Shown here piece by piece: positions 31,273-41,431 of a stretch of 64,000 nt of DNA. Each line of letters starts with the position of its first letter. Within the stretch, counting starts at the first letter, position 1. Under the pieces are notes generated by a model that did no database searches, was not told where the DNA came from, and saw only the letters and a program-made list of their open reading frames with translations. Source of the stretch: an uncultured Gammaproteobacteria bacterium (GTDB taxonomy: Bacteria > Patescibacteriota > Microgenomatia > CAZETR01 > Amesbacteraceae); the NCBI GenBank assembly GCA_964518565.1, contig CAZFGX010000001.1, positions 798,568-862,567 of the forward strand, read 5' to 3'. Position numbers and translations under genes: made by a program.

Positions 31273-31809
31273 CTAACTTTTTACAAGCCCCAGCCACTGT
31301 CCAAAAATTACTGCTCCCCATACAATAAGAAATATTCTATTTTCCACTCGCGAAATCTGCCGAGAAATCACCCAATACCAACCCGCATAGTCTTCAGCAA
31401 ATAGTAATTCAGAAAAAAGTCTCAATTGCATAGCAAACACCAATCCCCAAGCCAAGGCCGAACCACTACTAGAAATCACCCAAATTCCACACAACGCTAT
31501 CACTGCACACGTCAACACATTTCGCACAGATCGTTTCCATTGAAGCAAAATTTCTCCCACCTGCGGATTAGTAATACGACGCTTTTTCAAAAATTCATCC
31601 AAATCAACCAAAAAATATCCCAAAATACCTCCAATAATAAATAAAGCATACATCAGTAACAATTCCCATCGGAATCCTTGTATATGCCACAATCCCAAAC
31701 GACTAAATTCTCGTATCAATCCTATGACCACCACCACCAAAATTGGCCCAATCTGAATCATTCGCTTCCACAACTGGACACTGCTCTTCATATGCGTAGT
31801 ATGAATCAA
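31273..31809 (-). CDS. hypothetical integral membrane protein
   Basis: Multiple hydrophobic segments; ATGA coupling to upstream ORF. Confidence 0.7.
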   Translation of the reverse strand: MIHTTHMKSSVQLWKRMIQIGPILVVVVIGLIREFSRLGLWHIQGFRWELLLMYALFIIGGILGYFLVDLDEFLKKRRITNPQVGEILLQWKRSVRNVLTCAVIALCGIWVISSSGSALAWGLVFAMQLRLFSELLFAEDYAGWYWVISRQISRVENRIFLIVWGAVIFGQWLGLVKS

Positions 31810-32099
31810 TTTTGATCCTCACGCAACTTTGCCTTCTTTCGTTCTTCACGTAGTTGTTTCAATTTCCACATAAATAGCGCTCCTTTGTTATCAATCGCAC
31901 TATCAATCACATAGCGTCTTGCCTGTTCCAAAAGTGACCGATCCACCGTTTTTACCAATCGAAAATATACTCCCCGATGTGCTTCATCGTTCAAATCTTT
32001 CATCAATCGATACGCATAATCCTGAAACTCAGCCGAAATTCGCTTGTCTATTTCCTCTGGTGTTTGTCGTTGTTCGATCAGTTGCTTCAGCGATTTCAT
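31806..32099 (-). CDS. hypothetical helical protein
   Basis: MKSLKQL..GALFMWKLK; TACAAT box 9 nt upstream of chosen ATG. Confidence 0.7.
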   Translation of the reverse strand: MKSLKQLIEQRQTPEEIDKRISAEFQDYAYRLMKDLNDEAHRGVYFRLVKTVDRSLLEQARRYVIDSAIDNKGALFMWKLKQLREERKKAKLREDQN

Positions 32100-32129
32100 G
32101 TCCCAAGAATTGTACCAAGTCCAAATCAC

Positions 32130-32164
32130 AAAAAAAGGCGCCTTCGGATTTCTCCTCCAGCGCC
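32130..32164 (-). terminator. intrinsic terminator
   Basis: GGCGC..GCGCC hairpin + T7. Confidence 0.6.
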
Positions 32165-32209
32165 AGACACGTACACTAAACGACAGCGAATCCTAAACTA
32201 ACACATTCT

Positions 32210-32542
32210 TCAGTGTTTTTTGTGCCATTCAAAAATGAGGCTGAGTTGAGTCTCCTTTAACAAAAACGTTTTTTCCATGGGCAAGGCCCCATTCAAAAAC
32301 GCGACACGAAATTTGTCACAATCAGACCCAGGCGGGCAGTCCACTGCGTGGTGCTCGCGAGCAACCTCAATCAAACCAGCCAAATCGTCCGTTCTATTCA
32401 AAACAATCACAACCGGCAGACCATCTTTTTCTGTCCCTGTCGTAAAGTCTGATTTTTTTCCTCTCGGATTGTCGTTTTCCATAACAATTAAATCCTTATC
32501 TTTTTTTTGTTTAAATCCTGAGCTCTCATTCCTTCTCTTCAT
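32210..32542 (-). CDS. hypothetical protein in a self-contained unit
   Basis: 110-aa ORF with own leader and terminator. Confidence 0.5.
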   Translation of the reverse strand: MKRRNESSGFKQKKDKDLIVMENDNPRGKKSDFTTGTEKDGLPVVIVLNRTDDLAGLIEVAREHHAVDCPPGSDCDKFRVAFLNGALPMEKTFLLKETQLSLIFEWHKKH

Positions 32543-32711
32543 ATCAATTACGCGTTCACATACACATCACCTCCAAAAAACTTCAGGCATTCATAGATCG
32601 CTTACGTGTTTTAACGTGCTACGTTGAAACTACAATTGGTCAAAAACGAGCGCAACGCTCATATGCCCAGTTGTCCACCCATTTTATCTCATCCGAAGCT
32701 AAAAGTCAATA

Positions 32712-33230
32712 CTATAGGCTCTTAATAATCTCAGCCATTGTTTTATCTACCACTACCAATTCAGCCTCGGAAAACTGTTGTAAGACATACTCCAGACCTG
32801 ATATTCGCGATTCAGGATTCCGATTGTCCACTCCAATACGAATTCGCCAAAACTGTTTGCCTACCACTCGTTCAATATCATTAACCCCCCCATGCAACGC
32901 CGGTCCTTTCGCAAATTGAATTTTGAATTCACCCAAAGGTAAATCCAAATCATCATGAGCGACATACAGCTGTTCCGGCTCCCAGCCCTCCTTACCTAAT
33001 GCCTGAATCATTTTTCCACTCTCATTCATAAAATACCCCTCGCTTTTCACCAGCACTCCTTGTTTAGTTTTAGCCACCAATACTCCCCGTTTTTTTGACC
33101 AACCAGATTCAGAAATCTCCCAACTCATAGCCAATTGGTCAATCAGCATCACCCCCACATTGTGTCTCGTGTGCAAATACTTCTCCCCTGGATTACCCAG
33201 CCCTACAATTACTCGTTTAGTGTTTACCAT
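32712..33230 (-). CDS. pth: peptidyl-tRNA hydrolase
   Basis: IVGLGNPG, TRHNVG, FMNESG, HDDLD, RIRIGV. Confidence 0.95.
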   Translation of the reverse strand: MVNTKRVIVGLGNPGEKYLHTRHNVGVMLIDQLAMSWEISESGWSKKRGVLVAKTKQGVLVKSEGYFMNESGKMIQALGKEGWEPEQLYVAHDDLDLPLGEFKIQFAKGPALHGGVNDIERVVGKQFWRIRIGVDNRNPESRISGLEYVLQQFSEAELVVVDKTMAEIIKSL

Positions 33231-33561
33231 GCAAAATTCCGTCGACAATATCTTTTACAAAAGGGATTTTAAATTCATGCCCGTTATACACTTGCCAACA
33301 GCCATACAGACTTCCCGCCAAAAAAATCAATCCCACCAGCCCCTGACAAGTAGCCGCCAAAGGAATAAGGACAATTGTCATCCGCATCAGAGGCACAGCA
33401 AAAAAATACACCGCCAAAACCATCAGATGTAAAACAATTGCTTGAAGGCTATACCACCGCACCATCGGATCTTTATTACTGACCAAAAATGCCACTCCCA
33501 CAATCCAGCCAAAATATGGAATCAAACATAAAGCCGCTTTTGTATGTGTTTCTTTTGTCAT
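33217..33561 (-). CDS. DUF4870-like small membrane protein
   Basis: AALC..GWIVG..VRWYSLQA..FKIPFV pattern, 3 TM. Confidence 0.7.
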   Translation of the reverse strand: MTKETHTKAALCLIPYFGWIVGVAFLVSNKDPMVRWYSLQAIVLHLMVLAVYFFAVPLMRMTIVLIPLAATCQGLVGLIFLAGSLYGCWQVYNGHEFKIPFVKDIVDGILHGKH

Positions 33562-33576
33562 ACTTATCAAATAGTA

Positions 33577-35253
33577 TCACGCTTGCTGTAAACCAAACAA
33601 TCGCAACAATTCTTTCAGACTTGTAGCGTCAGTGGCCTTTTTCTCTCGCCAAGAAATCAGTCTCGGAAATCGCAAAGCATATTCAGAAGAATGCATCGGA
33701 GACTTGGTGATTTCATCGGCATGAATCTCAACTACAATTTTCGGCTTCGCCCAGACGTCTACCAACATTTCTTTTTTGACTTGATACTCATCGGGTTTGG
33801 AATCAACAGCCAACACATCTACTTCTCGTTTCATCCGCTTCCACTCATCATCAGTCAATCCGGTTCCGATCTTTGCCACAGTAAAATATTGCTCAGTTTT
33901 GGGATCAAATACGCCGACCAAAAAATCCCCAATACCAAAAGCAGCCCGCTTACCTTGACCCAGATCATACCCCATCACCACGACATCAATTGTATCTGCC
34001 AGCGATGAAGCCGCATAACTTTCTTTGTACTTTATCCAATTAAAGTCTCGCCCACCTGGTTGATAAGGACCAGTCATTTTTTTTGCAATAATGCCCTCAG
34101 TCCCATCAAAGATTGCTTTTCGATAAAATGTTTCTATCTCCTCCACGGAATCAGCATCAATTCGAGTAATCAATTTAACTACTCCGTCACCCTTCACCAA
34201 TTTTTCTAGTTTTTTTCTGCGTTCGGCATTTTCTTCATTCATGACCTCTTTTCCTTCAATTACTAATACATCAAACAAATAAATAGTCAGTGGTATCTTC
34301 CCTGCCATTTCTACAATATCGTATTTACGTTTCCTCTGCATAGTTTCCTGAAATGGTAAAAATCTACCATCCTTACCCACTGCAATCATTTCGCCTTCCA
34401 CGATACAGCTTTTTTGCATTTGCTTTGCCAAACCTTCTACCACATCAGGATACATACTCGTTACATCCTCTAGTCCTCGAGAAAATAATGTCACTTTTTT
34501 ATGTTTCGCATCCACATGCGCCTGGATCCGCAGTCCATCCAGCTTGTACTCCAAAGCACATGCGCCATTTCGTTCCCAAATATCTTCAGAACTTGTCGCC
34601 CGTTCTGCCTTTGCCATCAAAATTGGTGTCCCCACTTCTGGATGAATGGTCTTAGGCGCCCGGTGTTTGACGATTTCTTCAGCTATTTCTCCCAAATCTG
34701 CTCGCACGTTATACATTGCCTCAATTGCAGACCGTTGTTTTTTATCTCCAGATATCATCCAAGATAGGCCGTCCAGAACGGTCATATCCGAAAAACCAGT
34801 TCGCAATTTCCCCAAAATAATCCGTACTGCATATTTTGCCGACAAAGCATCCAAATGAGTCAGCAAACTCCGAATCAATTCCAATTTTTGTTCCTGACTC
34901 CCCTCGCCACCAACTGTTGCTATCGCATACATTTTTTTGTATACCTGATCACAATTCAGTTCTGCAGCACTGCGCTTGGTATGTAGCTCTTCAGCTACGA
35001 GTCCCATATCACCGAATTTTTTAAATACACCCACAGCGTCATCTCCCAATGCTCGCAGCAGCATTTTATCTGCTACACCAAAATTTGGTGTTCTATATGC
35101 AGGTCCCAATGTACCAGACAACAAATACGTTATTTCCTTCGCTTCAGCCACCCCCACCTGTCCATACAACTCAGCCAAAATAACCGTCATTTCATTCCGA
35201 CTCGCTGTCTGTTCCAATCGATTCAAAAATTGAGCAAACTCCCCAAACTTCAT
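33577..35253 (-). CDS. lig: ATP-dependent DNA ligase with N-terminal DNA-binding domain
   Basis: EYKLDGLRIQAH, EGIIAK, WIKYK, ALRFPR. Confidence 0.93.
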   Translation of the reverse strand: MKFGEFAQFLNRLEQTASRNEMTVILAELYGQVGVAEAKEITYLLSGTLGPAYRTPNFGVADKMLLRALGDDAVGVFKKFGDMGLVAEELHTKRSAAELNCDQVYKKMYAIATVGGEGSQEQKLELIRSLLTHLDALSAKYAVRIILGKLRTGFSDMTVLDGLSWMISGDKKQRSAIEAMYNVRADLGEIAEEIVKHRAPKTIHPEVGTPILMAKAERATSSEDIWERNGACALEYKLDGLRIQAHVDAKHKKVTLFSRGLEDVTSMYPDVVEGLAKQMQKSCIVEGEMIAVGKDGRFLPFQETMQRKRKYDIVEMAGKIPLTIYLFDVLVIEGKEVMNEENAERRKKLEKLVKGDGVVKLITRIDADSVEEIETFYRKAIFDGTEGIIAKKMTGPYQPGGRDFNWIKYKESYAASSLADTIDVVVMGYDLGQGKRAAFGIGDFLVGVFDPKTEQYFTVAKIGTGLTDDEWKRMKREVDVLAVDSKPDEYQVKKEMLVDVWAKPKIVVEIHADEITKSPMHSSEYALRFPRLISWREKKATDATSLKELLRLFGLQQA

Positions 35254-35567
35254 AACTTCCACTTCTCAATAATCGTTCTGTCTTTTGGATGCTTATCAAC
35301 ATATGTTTTAACTATCACTAATTCGCCGATTAAAACAATAATAGGAAAAAACAAGTCAAATCTATCAAACTTTTGCAATAAACTTAAATACGCAAGAATA
35401 ATTATTGTATAAACAGTACCTGTTAATAAATATAATTTTGCCGATTTACCAACTAAAAATATCACCCCCTCCTTGCCTATTCGCCAGTACATTTTTTTAC
35501 GCCAAATAAAAAGTACAAGATGAAAAATATACAGTCCAAAAATCAAGATTTTTAAAAAACTCAACAT
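35250..35567 (-). CDS. small AT-rich hypothetical membrane protein
   Basis: 105 aa, 3 TM; ATGA overlap with ligase start. Confidence 0.55.
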   Translation of the reverse strand: MLSFLKILIFGLYIFHLVLFIWRKKMYWRIGKEGVIFLVGKSAKLYLLTGTVYTIIILAYLSLLQKFDRFDLFFPIIVLIGELVIVKTYVDKHPKDRTIIEKWKL

Positions 35568-35584
35568 TAGCTATTAATTTTATA

Positions 35585-36694
35585 CTATTTATTCAAAATA
35601 TATTTTGCTGCTTTCGTCGAGCCAGTTTTTTTGATCACCTCTTTTTCCATCAAATATTTTAGATCTCGCAAAATAGTATCTTCAGACACCATCGACAGCA
35701 ACTCTCGCGCTTCTCCCATAGTAATCTGGCCATTAGCATTCAAATATTCCACCACTTTCATCTGCCGATCAGACAAGGTCACTTGTTTGCCCATTTTTTG
35801 CTTCATTTTTATATCCACAGATAGTTCTCGAATTCGCTCTTTAATTCGCGTCAACTCCAACGCCAGTGCTTGGGTAAATGTTTTTAGCCATGGAGTCAGA
35901 TCTCGATCCTCTAGTACATGGGACTGATTTGAGACCTCCATCAAACTGCCAAAATATTCATCCGAATGTTTATCAAAATATTCTTCTAGAGCAAAAAACC
36001 GCTTGATATCATACCCTTCCATAAACAAAATTAGCGTTGCAAAGGCTCGTGCCGTCCGTCCATTTCCTTCCACAAATGGATGCACTGCAGCCAATACATA
36101 ATGTGCCACACCAGCTCGCAACACTGGATGTTCACGCCGGCCAAAATCGCTATTCAACCATCGAAAAAACTCTTCCACTAAAAATGGTACTTCCAAAGAG
36201 GCTGGTGGCCGAAATCCTACTTCTCCAGTAATCGAATTTTTCAACACCACCTGCACATCACGAAACTTCCCCGCGTACTCCTTTTCCACCACTCGATCAA
36301 CCACCAATCTCTGAATCTCGCACAAAATTTCCGATCCATATTCAAATGGTCCTTGTTCAGACTTCGCCTTGGGAATCGTTGCCTCGATAAAATCCAACAC
36401 CTTCCGATAATTGATCACTTCTTGCACATCTCGTTCCTGAGCTACCACTCCTTCCTCAGCCGCCTGCTTCACTGAATTTATCCCCCGATCCAATAAAATC
36501 TTTGCCTCATTCATCGTCAAATCATTTCCTTCCAAGGCTGTACCATAATGCGCTGCGCGCAATTTTGCTTCTTCTCGGAACTTCATTTCCCACGACGGCA
36601 CCAACGGTGCATTTTCAATTACTTCTCGGGCCGCTTCTACGAGTCCAATATGTCTCAAAATATCAGTCGTAATAATATATTTTGGTACGTACAT
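35585..36694 (-). CDS. Fic family protein with C-terminal DeoR-like HTH
   Basis: HPFVEGNGRTAR; VSEDTILRDLKYL. Confidence 0.9.
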   Translation of the reverse strand: MYVPKYIITTDILRHIGLVEAAREVIENAPLVPSWEMKFREEAKLRAAHYGTALEGNDLTMNEAKILLDRGINSVKQAAEEGVVAQERDVQEVINYRKVLDFIEATIPKAKSEQGPFEYGSEILCEIQRLVVDRVVEKEYAGKFRDVQVVLKNSITGEVGFRPPASLEVPFLVEEFFRWLNSDFGRREHPVLRAGVAHYVLAAVHPFVEGNGRTARAFATLILFMEGYDIKRFFALEEYFDKHSDEYFGSLMEVSNQSHVLEDRDLTPWLKTFTQALALELTRIKERIRELSVDIKMKQKMGKQVTLSDRQMKVVEYLNANGQITMGEARELLSMVSEDTILRDLKYLMEKEVIKKTGSTKAAKYILNK

Positions 36695-36731
36695 AATTCT
36701 CTGCGGTTATGATACGGTAAATATGCGGAGA

Positions 36732-37571
36732 TTAAAAGTGGCTCAATTGTTTTTTCGTCTCAAACACCGCTCCAGCCAAATCATCCGCATTATAATCAAA
36801 GCCCACTCGCTCAAATAATGTATCTGCAGCTGACTTGACCAAAAACGATCCTGCAGCTGCAGCCAAGAGTGGCGGATTGTGTGCCGCCAAGCCAACCACT
36901 ACTCCTGCCAAAGTATCCCCCACACCACCCTTTTCCATCCCCAAATTTCCCCCATGCACCTCATAGACTTCTTCACCATCACTGACATACGTAATCTCAG
37001 GATTTTTACCAATAATCACACAATGATATTTGCCTGCCATAGCCGTAACTGCTCCAGCTGAGAATTCTTCTCCAAACAACATGGAAAATTCTTGTTTATT
37101 GGGTGTCAGTATTGCTCCTTGAGGTATCCACTCCGGATCCATTACCTGTAAACTTCCAGCATCAATCACCCATTGCTTCGTCGAAAATGCCTCCAATAGA
37201 CGCTTGGTCACAGTCCGTGAATACACCCCTGCATGATCTGTTTCATGTCCTGGATCATTTTCATTTCGATAACGCATAAATCCCGGTCCAATCAAAATCG
37301 CGTCTGCTTTTTCAGCATACGCATCCACCTGATCCCAAGGTATCCAAATAAACGCCGACAATCGCGATTTTAGCTCCACTGCCAATTGTTTCATTCCTGG
37401 CTCAGGACTGGCAAAAAACACCATACTCACCTGTCGAGTGGCCGCAGTCAAAGACAATACAGGCGCTCCATGAAATAAACTCGATCCACCTATTATCAAG
37501 ACACTACCAAAATTTGCTTCCTGTTCAGACGGCTTCCACAAATTATTCAACTCTACGGATTCAAACTTCAT
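36732..37571 (-). CDS. nnrD: NAD(P)HX dehydratase (YjeF C-terminal family)
   Basis: LIIGGSSLFHGAP, IGPG, VIDAG, LTPN..EF, GGVGDTLAG. Confidence 0.85.
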   Translation of the reverse strand: MKFESVELNNLWKPSEQEANFGSVLIIGGSSLFHGAPVLSLTAATRQVSMVFFASPEPGMKQLAVELKSRLSAFIWIPWDQVDAYAEKADAILIGPGFMRYRNENDPGHETDHAGVYSRTVTKRLLEAFSTKQWVIDAGSLQVMDPEWIPQGAILTPNKQEFSMLFGEEFSAGAVTAMAGKYHCVIIGKNPEITYVSDGEEVYEVHGGNLGMEKGGVGDTLAGVVVGLAAHNPPLLAAAAGSFLVKSAADTLFERVGFDYNADDLAGAVFETKKQLSHF

Positions 37572-38589
37572 CTTCCAATCGTATCATGCCGACTCGTCCA
37601 AAATCTGGTAACAAATGTTCATCCGCCGTAGTAAAAATTGCCTGCCCAGGATAATCCATCACTATCCTTACTACTTCATCTCGATGCGCATGATCCAATT
37701 CGGAAAAAATATCATCCAATAATAAAACCGGATATTGTTCATCTAGCGTCAGATACTGCAGCTCAGCTTGTTTTAGCCACAACACTCCCATTCTTTGTTC
37801 ACCGCGAGAGCCATACGCTTCCACTCGCCGACCTTTGTACTCCACCCAAAAATCATCCCGATGAGGACCAACCAAGGTTGTCGCTGCTGCCACTTCTTCA
37901 CTGGCATACTGCGCCAACCGTTCATTGGAAATAGTACTCGTATCATAAACCACTCGATACGTAGCCAAAAGTGTATCCATTGATCTGATCATTTCAAAAT
38001 ATGCTCGTCGCTGATCAGTCAAATAATTGCCGTGTTTGACCAGTGTCATGTCCCAAAACACCAGTTGAGACCTACCCGCCTTACCTTCACGAATCAAATC
38101 CAACAATTTATTTCGTTGTCGCAGCCCTTTTTCATACACCAACAAACTCCTCCGATAGTTTCTATCTTTTTGCACCAAGACAAAATCCAAATATTTTCTT
38201 CTTTTTGCCGGACTACCGGTCAATAGCTCCATATCAGCCGGGGAAAACAACACCGCACGCACAATGCCCGTCGCATCCACCATCCGACGCGCCACACCAT
38301 TCACGGCAAACTTTTTTCGTCCATATCCAGCAGAACCGTCAGTAAGGGTAACTCGGATATGGGCAAATTCGGACTGCAACTCCACATGAGCAATATGCTG
38401 ATCATAAAAAATCATTTCACTATCTTGATCAGCTCGAAAACTTTTTCCACTTGCCACCAGATAAATTGCCTCTAAGACATTTGATTTCCCTGCTCCATTT
38501 CGCCCAACTATTACTGTTCGTTTCTCAAAATCAAACCTCCGCTTTTCATAGCTACGAAAATATTTCAGATCAATAGACTGTACGATCAT
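37561..38589 (-). CDS. recF: DNA replication/repair protein RecF
   Basis: FRSY, GRNGAGKSN, GPHRDD, SRGEQR, LLLDDIFSELD. Confidence 0.95.
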   Translation of the reverse strand: MIVQSIDLKYFRSYEKRRFDFEKRTVIVGRNGAGKSNVLEAIYLVASGKSFRADQDSEMIFYDQHIAHVELQSEFAHIRVTLTDGSAGYGRKKFAVNGVARRMVDATGIVRAVLFSPADMELLTGSPAKRRKYLDFVLVQKDRNYRRSLLVYEKGLRQRNKLLDLIREGKAGRSQLVFWDMTLVKHGNYLTDQRRAYFEMIRSMDTLLATYRVVYDTSTISNERLAQYASEEVAAATTLVGPHRDDFWVEYKGRRVEAYGSRGEQRMGVLWLKQAELQYLTLDEQYPVLLLDDIFSELDHAHRDEVVRIVMDYPGQAIFTTADEHLLPDFGRVGMIRLEDEV

Positions 38590-39443
38590 GACCCCAATTT
38601 CTGACAGCCAAGACAGACATAAGTCCCACGTCCACCTAACACATATTTCTCAATCACCGATCCACAGCGTTTGCATGGCTTTCCTGTTTGGTCATACGTT
38701 CGAAAATGTTCCTGATACGTCCCACCCAGTCCATGCAAGTCAATATATTTTGCATCCGCTGCAGTCGCCCCACCATATTGGATTCCTTCTCGCAATACCA
38801 ATAGTATTTTCTCAAACAAAAGCTCCAGTTGCTCTTTAGGTAGTCGATTGGCTGGAGAATTTGGATGTATCTGTGCCTCCCACAATGCATCATTTGCATA
38901 AATATTTCCTACTCCAGTAATTACCGCCTGATCCATAATCACCAGTTTTATAGCTTTCCTACTTTTACTTACCCGTTTGACAAATTCATCAGCTGTAATA
39001 TCAAACGGCTCAGGCCCCAGTCCTACAAAAAATTTCTCTTTTTCCACATCCGCAGTTTTACCTACCTTGACCCAGCCAAACATGCGCTGATCGTTAAAAT
39101 ACAACACACCCTCGTCTAACTCAAAAATTACTCGGGTATGTGAACTTGGCAATGTATTTACAAAATCTGCCGTCGGATGTCCACCCACAATGCGTTGTGC
39201 ACCCCCCACAAATACCAATTGCCCCGACATTTTAAAATGAAACGCCACTGTGATATCCTCCTCCAAATCAACCAACAACACCTTTGCAATTCTTCTCACT
39301 GCCACCACCTTTTTTCCTTCCAAAAGTCGCTCATCCCCTTGAACAGTTTTTTTATTTTTTAACTCGACTCGTACTACAGTCTTGCCTGGCAAAACCCTCC
39401 CAAGTTGCAATTTAACTGTCTCAATTTCCGGTAGCTCTGGCAT
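38586..39443 (-). CDS. mutM: formamidopyrimidine-DNA glycosylase
   Basis: MPELPE, GVGNIYA, C-terminal CKRC..CLGCQ zinc finger. Confidence 0.96.
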   Translation of the reverse strand: MPELPEIETVKLQLGRVLPGKTVVRVELKNKKTVQGDERLLEGKKVVAVRRIAKVLLVDLEEDITVAFHFKMSGQLVFVGGAQRIVGGHPTADFVNTLPSSHTRVIFELDEGVLYFNDQRMFGWVKVGKTADVEKEKFFVGLGPEPFDITADEFVKRVSKSRKAIKLVIMDQAVITGVGNIYANDALWEAQIHPNSPANRLPKEQLELLFEKILLVLREGIQYGGATAADAKYIDLHGLGGTYQEHFRTYDQTGKPCKRCGSVIEKYVLGGRGTYVCLGCQKLGS

Positions 39444-40521
39444 ACGTGTTGACCAATTCTAGCATCTGCTTTTCAAACCTCTCAGGCAAAAACTGCTGCG
39501 CATGTCGGATAATCGCCGCAGAATTCCATTTCAATCGTTCAAATCGCCCCAATGCCCGATGCAGCCCTTCTGCTGAATAATCTTCAAACAATACTCCAGT
39601 CTTCCCATCAATCACTGATTCCCGATATCCACCGTCATTAAATGCAATAACTGGTGTCCCACATAGCTGCGCTTCTACCAAACTAATACCAAAATCTTCA
39701 TCTCGAGACAGTCCCAAAAACGCTTTCGCCCCTGCCATCAATTCCCACTTCTTTTTTTCATCTACTCGACCCAAGTATTGCACATGCGACAAACCAGTCA
39801 ACGAAATAGATGCATAGCCTTTTCGCTCTCCCGCTACAACCAGTTTCAATCCATATCGCTGTGCCATTTCCACCGCCAGCTCAATTCCCTTACCTCCCAC
39901 AATTCGCGTAATCATCAACAAATAATCTCCCCGCTTAACTGGAGTCGAAAATTGTGGCGGTAAAACTGGCGGATAAATAACTTGTGCTTCGCGTCGATAA
40001 AATTTTTGGATTCGTCGGGCTACATTTTTTGAATTTGCCACAAATTGCGTTACCTGTCGGGCTCTAGAAAAATCGTACATCCTTAAAAAATGTCCCACCA
40101 CCAAGCCATAGACTCGTACGATCCAATACCGTTGCCAATTGACGGAAGTCTGGTACCCATACAACCACCGCGGCGGCGTATGACAATAACAAATTTCTAT
40201 TGGACCAGTCGGTGTACCAAATCCCTTTGTCACATACCAACTCGCCGAAGAAATTACCAAATCAAATTTTGACAAATCAAAACTCTTCCAAACCCAAGGA
40301 ATTAAAAACCGTAGTGGACTATACAACCGAGAATAAAATGGTACCCACTGCATCCATGAAGTTACTATTTTTTTGCCTATAAATGCTTGCTTAGCCGAGG
40401 ATCCTGGTACAGCAAATGCTGTATAAATCGGTGCATCGGGAAACATCTTGGACAATCTCAACAACACTTGTTCCGCTCCACCAAACTCATTTAAATAATC
40501 ATGTACCAAAGCAATTTTCAT
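39421..40521 (-). CDS. GT4 family glycosyltransferase
   Basis: HDYLNEFGGAE, YCHTPPRW, EDFGISLVEA. Confidence 0.9.
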   Translation of the reverse strand: MKIALVHDYLNEFGGAEQVLLRLSKMFPDAPIYTAFAVPGSSAKQAFIGKKIVTSWMQWVPFYSRLYSPLRFLIPWVWKSFDLSKFDLVISSASWYVTKGFGTPTGPIEICYCHTPPRWLYGYQTSVNWQRYWIVRVYGLVVGHFLRMYDFSRARQVTQFVANSKNVARRIQKFYRREAQVIYPPVLPPQFSTPVKRGDYLLMITRIVGGKGIELAVEMAQRYGLKLVVAGERKGYASISLTGLSHVQYLGRVDEKKKWELMAGAKAFLGLSRDEDFGISLVEAQLCGTPVIAFNDGGYRESVIDGKTGVLFEDYSAEGLHRALGRFERLKWNSAAIIRHAQQFLPERFEKQMLELVNTYARATGN

Positions 40522-40522
40522 A

Positions 40523-41407
40523 TCAATCAAATAGTCCAATCTGGTTTGTATCTACTTGTCGTTCATCTCCACCTGCTCGACGCACCAGACTTTTATGTCC
40601 CAACTCCACAAATACCTCAGTCATTTTCTCTTGACTGGGCAATGCTGCAGTCTCCAAATCAAAATCTATTCCAGGTACATCTGTACGAATTGTAGCCAAA
40701 ATTTTAGACAAAGTTCCACTCTCCACTCCAGCCGCTACTTTTTTATTTCCAGCTTTCTCCACCACCTGTTCAAAGGTTTTGTATTCCTCAAGCAATGCCA
40801 CAGCTGTTTTTGGTCCAATACCAGGTACGCCTGGATAACTGTCACTACTATCTCCTGCCAATGCCTTATAGTCCACTACTTGGTCTGGCCACACACCCAG
40901 TCGCTGTTTCACCGCCATTTTATCTACCATTTGACCATCAGACAAACCTTTCAGTGGCATAAACAAACTCACTCGGTCATTCACCAACTGCATCAAATCC
41001 CGATCTCCAGTAATAATGACTACTGGCTCAGATGTCTGTTGCGCAATTGTTCCAATCACATCATCCGCCTCAAAGTGATCTGCAGTAAACACAGGTACTC
41101 CCATTTTTTCAAATACTATTTTTAGTTTCTCCACTTGTCCCCAGATATCTTTGGAGATCTTCTCATCCTGATCTCGGTTGGCATGATACCCAACATATAA
41201 ATCTCGCCGAAAACTCCCACTTTGTGTATCAAAAACAATTGCTAAATGTGTTGGTTTCAGCTCCTCTATAGCCTTGAGCATCATCGACAAAAATCCATAT
41301 ACCCCTGCGGTTGCCTCACCTGAACGGTTTCGCCACTCTGGCAGCGCGTAATACGCTCGATACAACATCGAATTCCCATCAATCAATAAGACTCGTGTAC
41401 TCACCAT
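40523..41407 (-). CDS. stand-alone 5'-3' exonuclease (PolA N-terminal/FEN domain)
   Basis: LIDGNS..RAYY, EADDVIG, TGDRD, GDSSD..PGIGPKTA; no polymerase domain. Confidence 0.9.
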   Translation of the reverse strand: MVSTRVLLIDGNSMLYRAYYALPEWRNRSGEATAGVYGFLSMMLKAIEELKPTHLAIVFDTQSGSFRRDLYVGYHANRDQDEKISKDIWGQVEKLKIVFEKMGVPVFTADHFEADDVIGTIAQQTSEPVVIITGDRDLMQLVNDRVSLFMPLKGLSDGQMVDKMAVKQRLGVWPDQVVDYKALAGDSSDSYPGVPGIGPKTAVALLEEYKTFEQVVEKAGNKKVAAGVESGTLSKILATIRTDVPGIDFDLETAALPSQEKMTEVFVELGHKSLVRRAGGDERQVDTNQIGLFD

Positions 41408-41431
41408 GTGATTGTACCGAAAAAAGTTTAA

